From positions 1 through 34,541 of IMG/VR virus record IMGVR_UViG_3300016667_000345: DNA of 34,541 bases; one strand, 5' to 3'. Of the stretch, positions 23,757-33,247 are shown piece by piece (the first letter of the stretch is position 1; each line of letters begins with the position of its first letter). Source of the DNA: a virus (Duplodnaviria; Caudoviricetes). Below the pieces are notes generated by a model. The model had not been told where the DNA came from. It saw only the letters and a list, made by a program, of their open reading frames with translations, and ran no database searches. Both the position numbers and the translations under genes were made by a program.

Positions 23757-24167
23757 ATGGCAAGAATCGTACTCACTAACGCCTCAGTGGTATTCGGTAC
23801 CTCAAACGATTTGAGCGACCATATCGCGAGCGTAAGCATCTCAACTTCATACGACATCGTGGAGACAACCTCATTTGGTTCAACTGCAAAGACTCGTATC
23901 GCAGGATTGGCTGATAACTCTGTAACGCTCGAATTCCACCAGGACTTTGCAAGCGGATCAGTGGAATCAATCATTTATCCGCTACTCGGTACAGCAATCA
24001 CTATCAAGGTGAAGCCTGTAGCCGACACAATTTCGGCAACAAATCCACAATACGCCTTCTCAGCTCTTATCTCAGAGTGGACACCACTCAACGGAGCCGT
24101 TGGAGAACTCAGCACTGCAAGCGTGACGTGGCCGATTTCAGGCGTAATCACAAAGACAACCGCATAA
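23757..24167 (+). CDS. Major tail (tube) protein, copy 2
   Basis: Full-length paralogue of copy 1; identical EWTPLNGAVGELSTASVTWPI. Confidence 0.85.
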   Translation: MARIVLTNASVVFGTSNDLSDHIASVSISTSYDIVETTSFGSTAKTRIAGLADNSVTLEFHQDFASGSVESIIYPLLGTAITIKVKPVADTISATNPQYAFSALISEWTPLNGAVGELSTASVTWPISGVITKTTA

Positions 24168-24187
24168 TCAATTAAGGGGGAAATAAG

Positions 24188-24463
24188 ATGGATGGATTGT
24201 CAATAAAAGTTAAGGTCGCTGGCGCAGAGGAAGCTACTTATCCTCTGCGACCACGCACCATCATCGCGTTCGAGCAAAAGTTCAATAAAGGCTTTGCGAA
24301 ACTTCTTGAAGAAGGTCGCATTGAACATATCTATTGGCTGGGCTGGCACTCGATGAGAGAAGCGGGAGTTGTTGTTAAGCCTTTTGATGGTGGCTTTATT
24401 GATACCCTTGAAAAAGCATCACTAACAACAGACCCAAATTCAGAATCCACCGAGAATCTTTAA
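24188..24463 (+). CDS. Tail assembly chaperone (G)
   Basis: Position; slippery site near 3' end. Confidence 0.8.
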   Translation: MDGLSIKVKVAGAEEATYPLRPRTIIAFEQKFNKGFAKLLEEGRIEHIYWLGWHSMREAGVVVKPFDGGFIDTLEKASLTTDPNSESTENL

Positions 24464-24591
24464 CTTATAGTATTGCTGCAATTTCGGTGGAAACAGGCAT
24501 ATCACCGGTTGATTTGTTAGACTCACCCGATGGCGTGCTTGAGGCAATAGTTATTTACCTCAAAGAGAGACAAAAGGCGCGGAGTAAATAG
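24433..24591 (+). CDS. -1 frameshift extension of tail assembly chaperone (GT)
   Basis: C CCA AAT at 24433-24439; -1 frame open FRIHRESLTYSIAAISVETGISP...ARSK* to 24591, no ATG of its own. Confidence 0.8.
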   Translation, partial: PKFRIHRESLTYSIAAISVETGISPVDLLDSPDGVLEAIVIYLKERQKARSK

Positions 24592-25172
24592 TGGCCGAAA
24601 ATGAAGTAATTGTTTTAACAGGTATCAAAGAGACTATTGATGCTCTTAAAGAGTTTGATAAAGATGCCGTAAAACGCTTCAATAAAGTGATTAACTCCGA
24701 GCTTGCAAGCGCTGAAACTAGCGCACGATCCATAGTTGCTCGAATTGATAACTCACAAGGTACAGGTACGCCGATGAGTGGGTGGAGAAAATCAGATGCT
24801 TCTCGACCTTCATCCACTCGCGGCGGTGCCGGTTGGCCAGCGTGGAGACCTACCGAAGTGGCAGCAGGAATCGTTAAATCCAAAGCCCAGGGTCGCACAT
24901 CGGCCAACTACACCACCAGCGCGGGTAAGTTGATAAACAAATCTGCGGCAGGTGCCATCTTTGAAGTTGCAGGGCGCAATACCAAAGGAAGCGCAGCGCG
25001 AACTTCAAGCGCTCAATTCTTGCGCAATTTAAGCAACCGATTTGGCAAGGCTTCACGCCTCATTTGGTCGGTAGTAGATAAAGATGGAGACCGAATTCAG
25101 CGCAATGTCGCGAAGGCTCTTGATGAAGCAAAATTAGATTTACAGCGAGCATTGAACAAAGAGAAGGGGTAA
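24591..25172 (+). CDS. HK97 gp10-like tail component
   Basis: V.LTGIKE....LK N-terminus, GAIFE.AG. Confidence 0.6.
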   Translation: MAENEVIVLTGIKETIDALKEFDKDAVKRFNKVINSELASAETSARSIVARIDNSQGTGTPMSGWRKSDASRPSSTRGGAGWPAWRPTEVAAGIVKSKAQGRTSANYTTSAGKLINKSAAGAIFEVAGRNTKGSAARTSSAQFLRNLSNRFGKASRLIWSVVDKDGDRIQRNVAKALDEAKLDLQRALNKEKG

Positions 25173-25175
25173 AAA

Positions 25176-27275
25176 ATGGCAACAGGCGCGATAGTCGCAC
25201 GCATCCTTACCCAATACTCAGATAAGGGTTCAAAGCAAGCTCAAAAGGATATTAAGAAGTTAGGCGCAGACTTTGACAAGTTCGCCAATCGTACATTTAA
25301 GGCTTTCGGGCTTGCTGCTGCTGCCTCTGCCGCCTTCGCTGCTAAGGTTGGCACCGATGCGGTTAAGGCTGCGATTGCGGATCAGAAATCACAGGTCATC
25401 CTTGCCAATTCTTTACGCAACACTGTAGGCGCTACAGATGAGGCTATTGCAGCAACTGAAGCATTTATCTCCAAGCAACAGCTCTTGGTGGGTGTCTCTG
25501 ATACAGAATTAAGAAAATCCCTGCTCATCCTTGCTTCCACTACTAGGGATTTGAGCGAAGCACAGAGCCTACAAAATATCGCACTTGATGTGGCTGCTTC
25601 AGGTTATGGCGATGTCGAATCCGTTTCCAAGGCACTTGCTAAGGCATACGGCGGGAATATCGGCGCACTCAAGCGCTTGGTTCCTGGCATTAGCGCTTCA
25701 ATCGTAAAGACCAAAGACTTTAACGGCGCAATGGAGTTCCTCTCTAAAACTATGGGTGGCGCTGCTGCTGCAAGCGCAGATACCCTTGAAGGTCGCTTGC
25801 GCATCCTTCGCCTTGCATATGATGAGATTATTGAGAGCCTCGGTTATGCGCTCTTGCCAGTGGTGCAGGAATTTGCAGGATACCTTTTAAGCGATGTGCT
25901 TCCAAGAGTTCAGGCTTGGGTTGATTTGAATAAGGATCAACTAGCGGCAGGTTTGCGCGATGCCGCAGACTTGGTTAAAACCCTACTTGAGCGCTCTCTA
26001 GCATTTGGGCAGTGGGTCACAGAAAATACAGGCAAGATTAAGGCGCTCGCAATCATTATTGGCACAATGTTTGTGGCTAATAAAGTTGCAGCGTTTATCG
26101 TTTCATTACGAACAATTATCGGTTTGATGGCAACGCTACGCGCAACAGCCATCGGCACCGCGATTGCAACCGCCTTTGCTACAGGTGGCGTGAGCGTTGC
26201 TACTGCTGCGACTGCTCTTGCAGCCATCGGCGTTACTGCACTCGCCACCAAAAATGCAATGGATTCATTCAAAAAGAAGAGCGATGAGGCTACTAAGTCC
26301 ACAAAGAAATTGGGCGCATCTCACGTTGCTTCAACTAAGTTCAGCAAAGAATTCACAGTTGCGAACAATAAATACAATTCCTCTATTGCCACCACTACTG
26401 CTACCACTAAGACTTTAACTGCCGAGCAACTCAAGGCAATCGAAGTGAAGAAGCAACTCAATAAAGAGTTTGGCATCACCACAAAAGAGACCGACCCAAT
26501 CCAACTTGAGGCGGCTCGACTCAACCTTATCAAGCAGCAACAGTTGGGCTTGCAAATGGTGGATGCTGCTGCGATGGCACTCTTTGAGACCCAGCGCAAA
26601 GTCAATTATGAGGCAGAGCGGTATAAGGATATTCAGCTCGTTATCGCAGATCAGAAACTTGATACTGCCGAAATTGATGCTCTTGCTAAGAAGTGGAATG
26701 TCAGCCGTGAGCAGGTTATTGCCTACATCGCATCCGTTACCGGTGCAGGATATATCCCAGGATTAGACAGCCCAGGCAACGTTGCTGCTCTTGGCTGGAA
26801 AAATGCTCTTGATGCCTACAATAAGTATCTTGCAGCGCTCGGTGGTCAGGTTAAGGTCACACCACCTGCCGCCGAATCCAAGGCTGCTGCTTCAATCGCT
26901 ACCACTGCAACAGTGGGCGTAGGTGCCACACAAGCACAGACCACTTATGAATCTATGATTGCTCAAGGTTACGATGTCACCGCAGCGCTTTCCTCAGCTC
27001 GTTATGCGGGAATGGCAGAGCAATACGCGGCAGCGCAACGTGCCAAGCAAGCCCCCACCTCAGGCCCAGTCGTAGGATTTACGCCAACGGCACAATATGG
27101 CGCGATGGCAACGCCAGGCAGTGCGGGATTTGTCGGCCCAACCGCCGTAACAGTGAACGTGAACGCTGGCAATGTCATCGGTAGCAAAGAGGAACTGGTC
27201 GAGACAGTTCGCCAAGGAATCCTCGCCAATCAACTTTCAGGCAAGATTATTCAGCTCGAAGCGCTAGGTCTCTAA
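25176..27275 (+). CDS. Tape measure protein
   Basis: Long Ala-rich helical ORF after chaperones; C-terminal VTVNVN. Confidence 0.9.
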   Translation: MATGAIVARILTQYSDKGSKQAQKDIKKLGADFDKFANRTFKAFGLAAAASAAFAAKVGTDAVKAAIADQKSQVILANSLRNTVGATDEAIAATEAFISKQQLLVGVSDTELRKSLLILASTTRDLSEAQSLQNIALDVAASGYGDVESVSKALAKAYGGNIGALKRLVPGISASIVKTKDFNGAMEFLSKTMGGAAAASADTLEGRLRILRLAYDEIIESLGYALLPVVQEFAGYLLSDVLPRVQAWVDLNKDQLAAGLRDAADLVKTLLERSLAFGQWVTENTGKIKALAIIIGTMFVANKVAAFIVSLRTIIGLMATLRATAIGTAIATAFATGGVSVATAATALAAIGVTALATKNAMDSFKKKSDEATKSTKKLGASHVASTKFSKEFTVANNKYNSSIATTTATTKTLTAEQLKAIEVKKQLNKEFGITTKETDPIQLEAARLNLIKQQQLGLQMVDAAAMALFETQRKVNYEAERYKDIQLVIADQKLDTAEIDALAKKWNVSREQVIAYIASVTGAGYIPGLDSPGNVAALGWKNALDAYNKYLAALGGQVKVTPPAAESKAAASIATTATVGVGATQAQTTYESMIAQGYDVTAALSSARYAGMAEQYAAAQRAKQAPTSGPVVGFTPTAQYGAMATPGSAGFVGPTAVTVNVNAGNVIGSKEELVETVRQGILANQLSGKIIQLEALGL

Positions 27276-27276
27276 T

Positions 27277-28551
27277 ATGACGATGCCGGTGCTAGGGGTA
27301 ACGATTGACTTTGCCAACGGCCCAGCCTTCGGCAACCCACTTGTCTTAGATGATCCGACCTCATTTCTTGATGAGGCGATTCTTGCTGATAGCGCATCCG
27401 ATGTAGTGGATGTTTCCAACATAACTCTGCGCGTACAAACTAAGCGTGGGCGCAATCGCATCGTGAATAAGTTTGAGGCGGGTAGCGCCACGATTGTTTT
27501 GCGCGATGACAATGGAGATTTCTCGCCTAGCAACACTTCATCGCCTTATTACGGCAAGCTCGTGCCTCTTCGTAAGGTGCGCGTTTTCGCTGATTACACC
27601 GATGAAGATACGATGATTACTACTCGTTATTTTATCTTCTCAGGTTACATCACCGCCTACGACACCAATTTCGTGCGAGGCTTTGAAGAGACTTCGACAG
27701 TCACGCTTCAATGCGTAGATGGTTTCAGACTCTTTAATAACATCGCTATTGCAAGCGTGCCTAGCACCCCTGCGGGGCAACTATCCGGCGCACGCATCAA
27801 TGCGCTGCTTGATGTCGCGGATTATCCAACCTCTCAGCGTGCGATAGACACGGGCAACTCGACAATGCAAGCCGATCCTGCAACCTCTCGGTCACTGCTT
27901 GATGCGATTCAGACAGTGGAGCAATCCGAGTTCGGTGGCTTCTTCTTCCAAAAGACAGGCACTGCCACCTTTTATTCACGCAACACAATCTCGCTGAAAG
28001 CAGACCAAACTCCCTATGATTTCAGCGATGATGGCACTGGCATAGGTTATTCGGCGATTGACTTTGCCTATGATGACCAGCTCATTGTGAATGATGTCGT
28101 TGTTCAAAGACTGGGCGGTTCTCCGCAACAGGTTCAGGATACGACCTCGATTGAGACCTACTTTATCCATTCAGGCCAGCGCACCGGAATCTTGGTGCAA
28201 ACCGATACCGAAGCCTATAACCAAGCGGTGATGCTCTTGAACGCTCGCAAAGATGCCACCCTGCGTATTGACTCGATGACCCTGAACTTATTTGATACCG
28301 ATGCTGCTGCAAATGACCGCATCATCGCTGGTCTATCTATGGAGATTTTTGACCTTCTCGATATTACGAAACAAATGCCAGGTGGATCGGTAGTAACGCG
28401 GGAATTATTCTGCCAAGGAGTTGCCCACGAAATTACGCCGAAAATATGGAATACTACTATCTATACATCCGAGCCTTTGATTCAAGCGTTTATTTTAGAT
28501 TCACCCACACAAGGAACACTGGACAACGCTAATGCGGTGTTGTCTTACTAA
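27277..28551 (+). CDS. Minor tail protein (tail tip/hub)
   Basis: Position; RGR, AGSAT..L, G.FSP.N, G.RI..LLD, N.V.V. Confidence 0.75.
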   Translation: MTMPVLGVTIDFANGPAFGNPLVLDDPTSFLDEAILADSASDVVDVSNITLRVQTKRGRNRIVNKFEAGSATIVLRDDNGDFSPSNTSSPYYGKLVPLRKVRVFADYTDEDTMITTRYFIFSGYITAYDTNFVRGFEETSTVTLQCVDGFRLFNNIAIASVPSTPAGQLSGARINALLDVADYPTSQRAIDTGNSTMQADPATSRSLLDAIQTVEQSEFGGFFFQKTGTATFYSRNTISLKADQTPYDFSDDGTGIGYSAIDFAYDDQLIVNDVVVQRLGGSPQQVQDTTSIETYFIHSGQRTGILVQTDTEAYNQAVMLLNARKDATLRIDSMTLNLFDTDAAANDRIIAGLSMEIFDLLDITKQMPGGSVVTRELFCQGVAHEITPKIWNTTIYTSEPLIQAFILDSPTQGTLDNANAVLSY

Positions 28552-28565
28552 ATAAGGAGCAATAA

Positions 28566-29267
28566 ATGGCAGGTCTAGGCTATAAGGATTTCACTGTAGG
28601 TCAGGTTCTCACCTCGGCTGAGGTTGATGGTTACTTGATGCAACAAACTGTAATGAAGTTTGCAGATGCCTCAGCTCGAACCACTGCTCTTACCGGTGTT
28701 TTGGCCGAAGGTATGCTCTCTTACCTAGCAGATACCAACGCGGTTGAAAAGTATGATGGCACCTCTTGGACTGCAATCGGCGCAGGTGACATCGAAGGCG
28801 TAACCGCAGGTACAGGTCTTTCAGGCGGTGGCACAAGCGGCACAGTCACGCTCTCGATTGCCACAAGTCAATCTGATTTAGTTATCAAGGGATTCCAAGA
28901 GGATGTGAATGTGGTTGCCTCTGCCGCCACTGGCACAATCAACTTTGATGTATCTACCGCATCGGTTTGGTATTACACCTCAAATGCAACTGCTAATCAC
29001 ACCCTTAACTTCCGTTATTCAAGCGGTACCTCACTCAATACCGCGATGGCAACAGGCGATGCCATCACGCTGGTATGGCTTAACACCAACGGATCAACTG
29101 CCTACTATCCAAACGTGATTCAAATTGACGGCAACGCAGTTACTCCAAAGGTTCCTACCGCGATTAGCGCTGGCAATGCCAGTGCGATTGATGCCTATAC
29201 CTTCACCATTATTAAGACCGCATCTGCCACATTCACAATGCTTGAGACACAGACCAAGTTTGCTTAA
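28566..29267 (+). CDS. Tail fibre/minor tail protein
   Basis: F..GQVLT.A, EGM..YL.DT, VTAGTGLSGGGTSG.VTL. Confidence 0.75.
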   Translation: MAGLGYKDFTVGQVLTSAEVDGYLMQQTVMKFADASARTTALTGVLAEGMLSYLADTNAVEKYDGTSWTAIGAGDIEGVTAGTGLSGGGTSGTVTLSIATSQSDLVIKGFQEDVNVVASAATGTINFDVSTASVWYYTSNATANHTLNFRYSSGTSLNTAMATGDAITLVWLNTNGSTAYYPNVIQIDGNAVTPKVPTAISAGNASAIDAYTFTIIKTASATFTMLETQTKFA

Positions 29268-29278
29268 GGGGAAACTCA

Positions 29279-29866
29279 ATGCCACTAATAAGCACATTTG
29301 CCAACGCCTCAGCTAGAGGTTACGGCTTTACCGGTGCGCTTGCCGTAACCAACTCGTTTGAATCTATTGCCACAGTCACAGTTGGCGCGGGTGGTCAATC
29401 ATCTGCAACGTTCTCATCTATTGCCTCAACTTATAAGCATTTGCAAATTCGTGTCTTTGCTAAATCAAACCGAGCAGACCAAAACGAACAAATTGGTATT
29501 CAGTTCAATTCTGATACTGGTAACAACTACGGCTCTCACGGCTTGTGGGGTGATGGTTCAAGCGCAAGCGCAGCGCAACTTAATTACCCAGCAAGTGCGA
29601 TTACCTTGCCGTGGATAGCAGGAGACTCCAACGGGTCTAACGTTTTTGGCGTTTCAATTATTGACGTTTTGGATTACACAAACACGAACAAATACACCAC
29701 AGTTCGAGGCTTGAACGGCTACGACAATAACGGCAACGGACAGGCTGCGCTTGGTTCGGGTCTTTGGTCTAATACTGCTGCAGTTACTAGCGTAACAGTT
29801 AAGCCTTTTTATGGCTCATTATGGAAGCAGTATTCAGTCATTGCACTTTACGGGATAAAGGGGTAA
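29279..29866 (+). CDS. Tail-tip associated beta-rich protein, paralogue 1
   Basis: IAT.TV, FSSI.STY..L, Y.NT..Y, GLW.NTAAVTS, LYG. Confidence 0.7.
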   Translation: MPLISTFANASARGYGFTGALAVTNSFESIATVTVGAGGQSSATFSSIASTYKHLQIRVFAKSNRADQNEQIGIQFNSDTGNNYGSHGLWGDGSSASAAQLNYPASAITLPWIAGDSNGSNVFGVSIIDVLDYTNTNKYTTVRGLNGYDNNGNGQAALGSGLWSNTAAVTSVTVKPFYGSLWKQYSVIALYGIKG

Positions 29867-29869
29867 CAA

Positions 29870-30367
29870 ATGCCAGCAGGAAGCACTTACACCCCGATAG
29901 CGACTACCACAGTCAGCGGCTCATCTACAAATAGTGTCTCATTTACATCTATTGCAAATACCTATACCGACCTTGTGCTGGTTGTAAATTCTAGTAAAAC
30001 TACAGGTTCAACTGTAAATATTTATCTTCAATATAACGGCGATACAGGCTCGAACTATTCGGCTACTTTTATGTATGGTGATGGAAGTAGCGCAGGAAGT
30101 GGACGGCAATCAAATACTATATGGGCTATTGGTGGAGACCAAACAACAGGAATGTCCACGACCATTTTTAACATTATGAATTATGCAAACACAACTACCT
30201 ATAAAACTGCTATGAGTAGATATTCCAATGCTGGAGAAGCAGTATTTTCAGGGGTATCTCTATGGCGTTCTACTTCGGCAATCAACCGAGTGGACTGCCT
30301 ACTGTCTGCATCCAACTATTTTACCGCTGGTTCAACTCTCACCCTTTACGGATTGGCGGCTGCATAA
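29870..30367 (+). CDS. Tail-tip associated beta-rich protein, paralogue 2
   Basis: Same motif series. Confidence 0.7.
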   Translation: MPAGSTYTPIATTTVSGSSTNSVSFTSIANTYTDLVLVVNSSKTTGSTVNIYLQYNGDTGSNYSATFMYGDGSSAGSGRQSNTIWAIGGDQTTGMSTTIFNIMNYANTTTYKTAMSRYSNAGEAVFSGVSLWRSTSAINRVDCLLSASNYFTAGSTLTLYGLAAA

Positions 30368-30912
30368 TGCCAAATACTTTTGAGTTAATCGCATCTAGCA
30401 CAGTTGGAGCAGGTGGGGCGGCTAGTATCTCATTTAGCAGTATTCCTAGCACTTACACGGATTTGTGCTTATTTACTTCTATAAGAAGTTCAACTACTGG
30501 CTCGGCTGGTGCCGGCTATCAAGAACGCTTAAACATTTACTTCAATGGAACTACTGCAAACTACTCTGAACGATGGCTACAAGCAGAAGGTGGTTCATCC
30601 GTAGGTTCAGGAACAAACTATTTTAACAGTTCAGGCAGCAACGGACTAGCGGGTACAGCAGTACCGAGTGACTGGACTGCTAACACCTTTAACAATAACA
30701 GCATTTATATTCCAAACTATGCTGGCTCGACAAATAAATCGTTTTCAGTAGATGGTGTAGCAGAAAACAATGGTTCTTTTGGTTCTCTTATGCTCAACGC
30801 TGGGCTTTGGTCAAATACAGCAGCAATAACTTCAATATCTTTAAGTCTTAGAAATTCACCAAATATGGTTCAATACTCAACCGCCTACCTATATGGAGTA
30901 AAAAATGCCTAA
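30367..30912 (+). CDS. Tail-tip associated beta-rich protein, paralogue 3
   Basis: Same motif series; TAATG-coupled start at 30367. Confidence 0.7.
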   Translation: MPNTFELIASSTVGAGGAASISFSSIPSTYTDLCLFTSIRSSTTGSAGAGYQERLNIYFNGTTANYSERWLQAEGGSSVGSGTNYFNSSGSNGLAGTAVPSDWTANTFNNNSIYIPNYAGSTNKSFSVDGVAENNGSFGSLMLNAGLWSNTAAITSISLSLRNSPNMVQYSTAYLYGVKNA

Positions 30913-31138
30913 TCCAACCAAGATAATCATCAACTGCGAGACAGGCGAAGAGACTGTTATCCAACTTACAGATGCCGAGGTTGCAGAACTCGAAGCACAA
31001 GCGGCAATCGCGGAAGCGGATCGCGTAGCGCGTGAGGAAGCGGCACAGGCACTTGCAGCGCTCAAGGCATCTGCTAAAGCAAAGCTCATCGCGGGGCAAC
31101 CGCTCACTGCCGAAGAAGCAGACACGCTCGTTATCTAA
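30905..31138 (+). CDS. Small tail-fibre-associated helical protein
   Basis: N.ETGEE.....LT.AE followed by Ala-rich helix; GGAG RBS. Confidence 0.7.
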   Translation: MPNPTKIIINCETGEETVIQLTDAEVAELEAQAAIAEADRVAREEAAQALAALKASAKAKLIAGQPLTAEEADTLVI

Positions 31139-31169
31139 TCCCACTCAAGGCTTTATTTAGGAGTCAATC

Positions 31170-31424
31170 GTGGCTTACTCGCGCCATTACACCATCACCA
31201 CTACACGGCAGTTGATTGTGCCGGTAGATGGATCAGCACAAGAGGTGTTGATTCACTCAACAGGTGGCAATATGTATATCGGCGGTGCAGATGTCACAGT
31301 GGATAATGGCTACAAACTCGATGTGGGCGATAAGGAGACTTTTATCATCCACCCAGGAGATACGCTCTATGGCATTACTCAGGCTGGAAGCGTACAGATT
31401 ATGATGCTTTTCTTGGTGCGATAA
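31170..31424 (+). CDS. Hypothetical beta-rich protein
   Basis: AGGAG RBS; YIGGADVT..NGY.L. Confidence 0.7.
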   Translation: MAYSRHYTITTTRQLIVPVDGSAQEVLIHSTGGNMYIGGADVTVDNGYKLDVGDKETFIIHPGDTLYGITQAGSVQIMMLFLVR

Positions 31425-31661
31425 ATGAGCGATATTAACAACGCCAATATGATTCTTGTCTTTGTGCTGAACTCTCTCGCTCTCATTGGTGGCGGGATTA
31501 AGGTCTATCTCAATATCTCGCGCAAATTGGATCGTATCAACTATGCCCTATTCAACGATGGCACCAACGGCGTAGTTCAACAGGTGGCAGAGCTACATAA
31601 GAATCAGCAAAAGATTAAAACCGATATTGCAGTAGTTAAATCCAAGGTGGGGGTTCTATGA
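31425..31661 (+). CDS. Single-TM membrane protein of lysis module
   Basis: N-terminal TM helix plus coiled coil, before endolysin. Confidence 0.7.
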   Translation: MSDINNANMILVFVLNSLALIGGGIKVYLNISRKLDRINYALFNDGTNGVVQQVAELHKNQQKIKTDIAVVKSKVGVL

Positions 31662-32119
31662 AGTCGGCAAACGGCTGGAAGGCAAGTGCCGACCAAGAAG
31701 AAATCGGCATCGCTATCTTCACAGTGGTAAAGGGAGTTCGACCAGTTCGCCTTCGGTGTGCCAAGGCGGTAGCACCTTTGCTCGTTGCTGCGTGCCGCGA
31801 GTGGCATAAGCGGGTGGAGAAGTTAGAGCCAGGCGAAGTGCAGGGGTATGCCTTTAGAGATGTCCGAGGCGGTGCTGGTACCCTTTCCAACCACGCATCG
31901 GGAACGGCGGTGGATATATGGCCATCTCGCCATCCCCAGGGGGATAAAGATGGCAACCTCACACCAGCGCAACGCGAGGCAATACTAGAGATTTGCGCTA
32001 GGTATGGACTACGCTCAGGCGGCACATATAAAAGTGCCAAACCCGATTGGATGCACATAGAGATAAACCTTTCACCTGCGAAGGTCGCAGAGTTGATTAA
32101 GAAGTTAGGGCTAAAATGA
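31658..32119 (+). CDS. Endolysin, M15 family Zn-metallopeptidase
   Basis: GY.FR, SNHASGTAVD (SxHxxGxAxD), D.MH.E. Confidence 0.88.
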   Translation: MKSANGWKASADQEEIGIAIFTVVKGVRPVRLRCAKAVAPLLVAACREWHKRVEKLEPGEVQGYAFRDVRGGAGTLSNHASGTAVDIWPSRHPQGDKDGNLTPAQREAILEICARYGLRSGGTYKSAKPDWMHIEINLSPAKVAELIKKLGLK

Positions 32120-32310
32120 AAGTTTCACCTAAATTCAAAGCTGAATTCGTTTCCTACCTACGCTCAGTGGGCGTTGCAACAGTCACAGTGCTTTTGGCTC
32201 TTGTGGCAGATATGAAGCCTGAATATGCAGTGCTTCTTGGCTCGATTGCTGCGCCTATCTTCAAGCTCATTGATCCATCCTATAAGGCTTACGGCATCGG
32301 CAAGGAATAA
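32116..32310 (+). CDS. Putative holin
   Basis: Two hydrophobic helices, SYLRS, DP....YG; follows endolysin. Confidence 0.7.
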   Translation: MKVSPKFKAEFVSYLRSVGVATVTVLLALVADMKPEYAVLLGSIAAPIFKLIDPSYKAYGIGKE

Positions 32311-32312
32311 TC

Positions 32313-32576
32313 TTGAATCGGGGGGAAATACTGGATGAGGCATATCGCCTCACTCACGGCGAGCGCGATAAGAATTACGGCACGCCTTACACAAATCACA
32401 AGCGCATCGCCGATATTTGGAGCGTTATCTTGGGGCAGGAAATCACACCTGCTCAAGTCGCACTCTGTATGGTGGGCGTGAAGATTGCACGCTTAGTTGA
32501 AACGCCTGACCACTTAGATTCTTTTGTAGATGGCGCAGCCTATTTTGCCATTTCGGGCGAGTTGGCAACACAATGA
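32313..32576 (+). CDS. DUF6378-like helical protein
   Basis: R...YG.P..N..RIA.IWS, VALCM...KIAR, DS..D.A.Y. Confidence 0.75.
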   Translation: MNRGEILDEAYRLTHGERDKNYGTPYTNHKRIADIWSVILGQEITPAQVALCMVGVKIARLVETPDHLDSFVDGAAYFAISGELATQ

Positions 32577-33247
32577 GTCGTTTATTGGTGATTGTTCCTA
32601 CTAGGGGCAGACCTGAGAACATTAAGGAACTTATTAGAGCCTTTGAAGATACAGAGGCAACAGCTCATTTACTTATTGTCTGCGATGAAGATGATCCGAA
32701 GTTGCCGGAATATGATGAATTAAATATAGACCAATTTATCTTTCCACGCGAAGGCAAGGGAATGGCTAAGCCTCTTAATAGAGCAGCACAATTACTTGCT
32801 TACAATTATGACTTCTTTGCCTTTATGGGTGATGACCACCGCCCACAAACAAAAGGCTGGGATAAGGCTTTTGAAGCTGAACTTGACAAATTAGGCACTG
32901 GATTGGTCTATGGCAATGACCTTATTCAAGGCGTTGCCCTACCAACGGCAGTTGCAATGAGCGCCAAGATTGTGCGTTTGCTCAATGGGATGGTGCCGCC
33001 CAATATGATTCATCTCTACTTAGATGATTTTTGGCTTAAATTAGGGCAAGACCTCAAGGCAATTACTTATCTGCCTGAAGTTATTATCGAGCATCTTCAT
33101 CCTGTAAGTGGCAAGGTTAAATGGGATGACAACTATCTAGAGGTGAACGCGCAAGAGGTTTATTCTGCCGATGCCCAGGCTTTCAAGCAATATATTGCAA
33201 GTGATGAGTATAAGCGCCTGATTGAAGAATTGATGGATCAAGCGTGA
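32573..33247 (+). CDS. Glycosyltransferase family 2-like protein
   Basis: VIVPTRGRP, DEDD, FMGDDH, H.Y.D, IEHLHP. Confidence 0.85.
   Translation: MSRLLVIVPTRGRPENIKELIRAFEDTEATAHLLIVCDEDDPKLPEYDELNIDQFIFPREGKGMAKPLNRAAQLLAYNYDFFAFMGDDHRPQTKGWDKAFEAELDKLGTGLVYGNDLIQGVALPTAVAMSAKIVRLLNGMVPPNMIHLYLDDFWLKLGQDLKAITYLPEVIIEHLHPVSGKVKWDDNYLEVNAQEVYSADAQAFKQYIASDEYKRLIEELMDQA

Noticed and set aside
23516-23974. 152-aa minus-strand ORF and similar antisense ORFs over the structural genes
   Set aside because: Shadows of plus-strand codon bias; no RBS or motifs
23340-24167. Diversity-generating retroelement TR/VR pair or assembly duplication
   Set aside because: No reverse transcriptase seen; differences are not adenine-specific and include indels and synonymous changes
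30262-30366. Long N-terminus of the 30262..30912 ORF
   Set aside because: Overlaps the previous gene by 105 nt; paralogue alignment and TAATG coupling favour 30367
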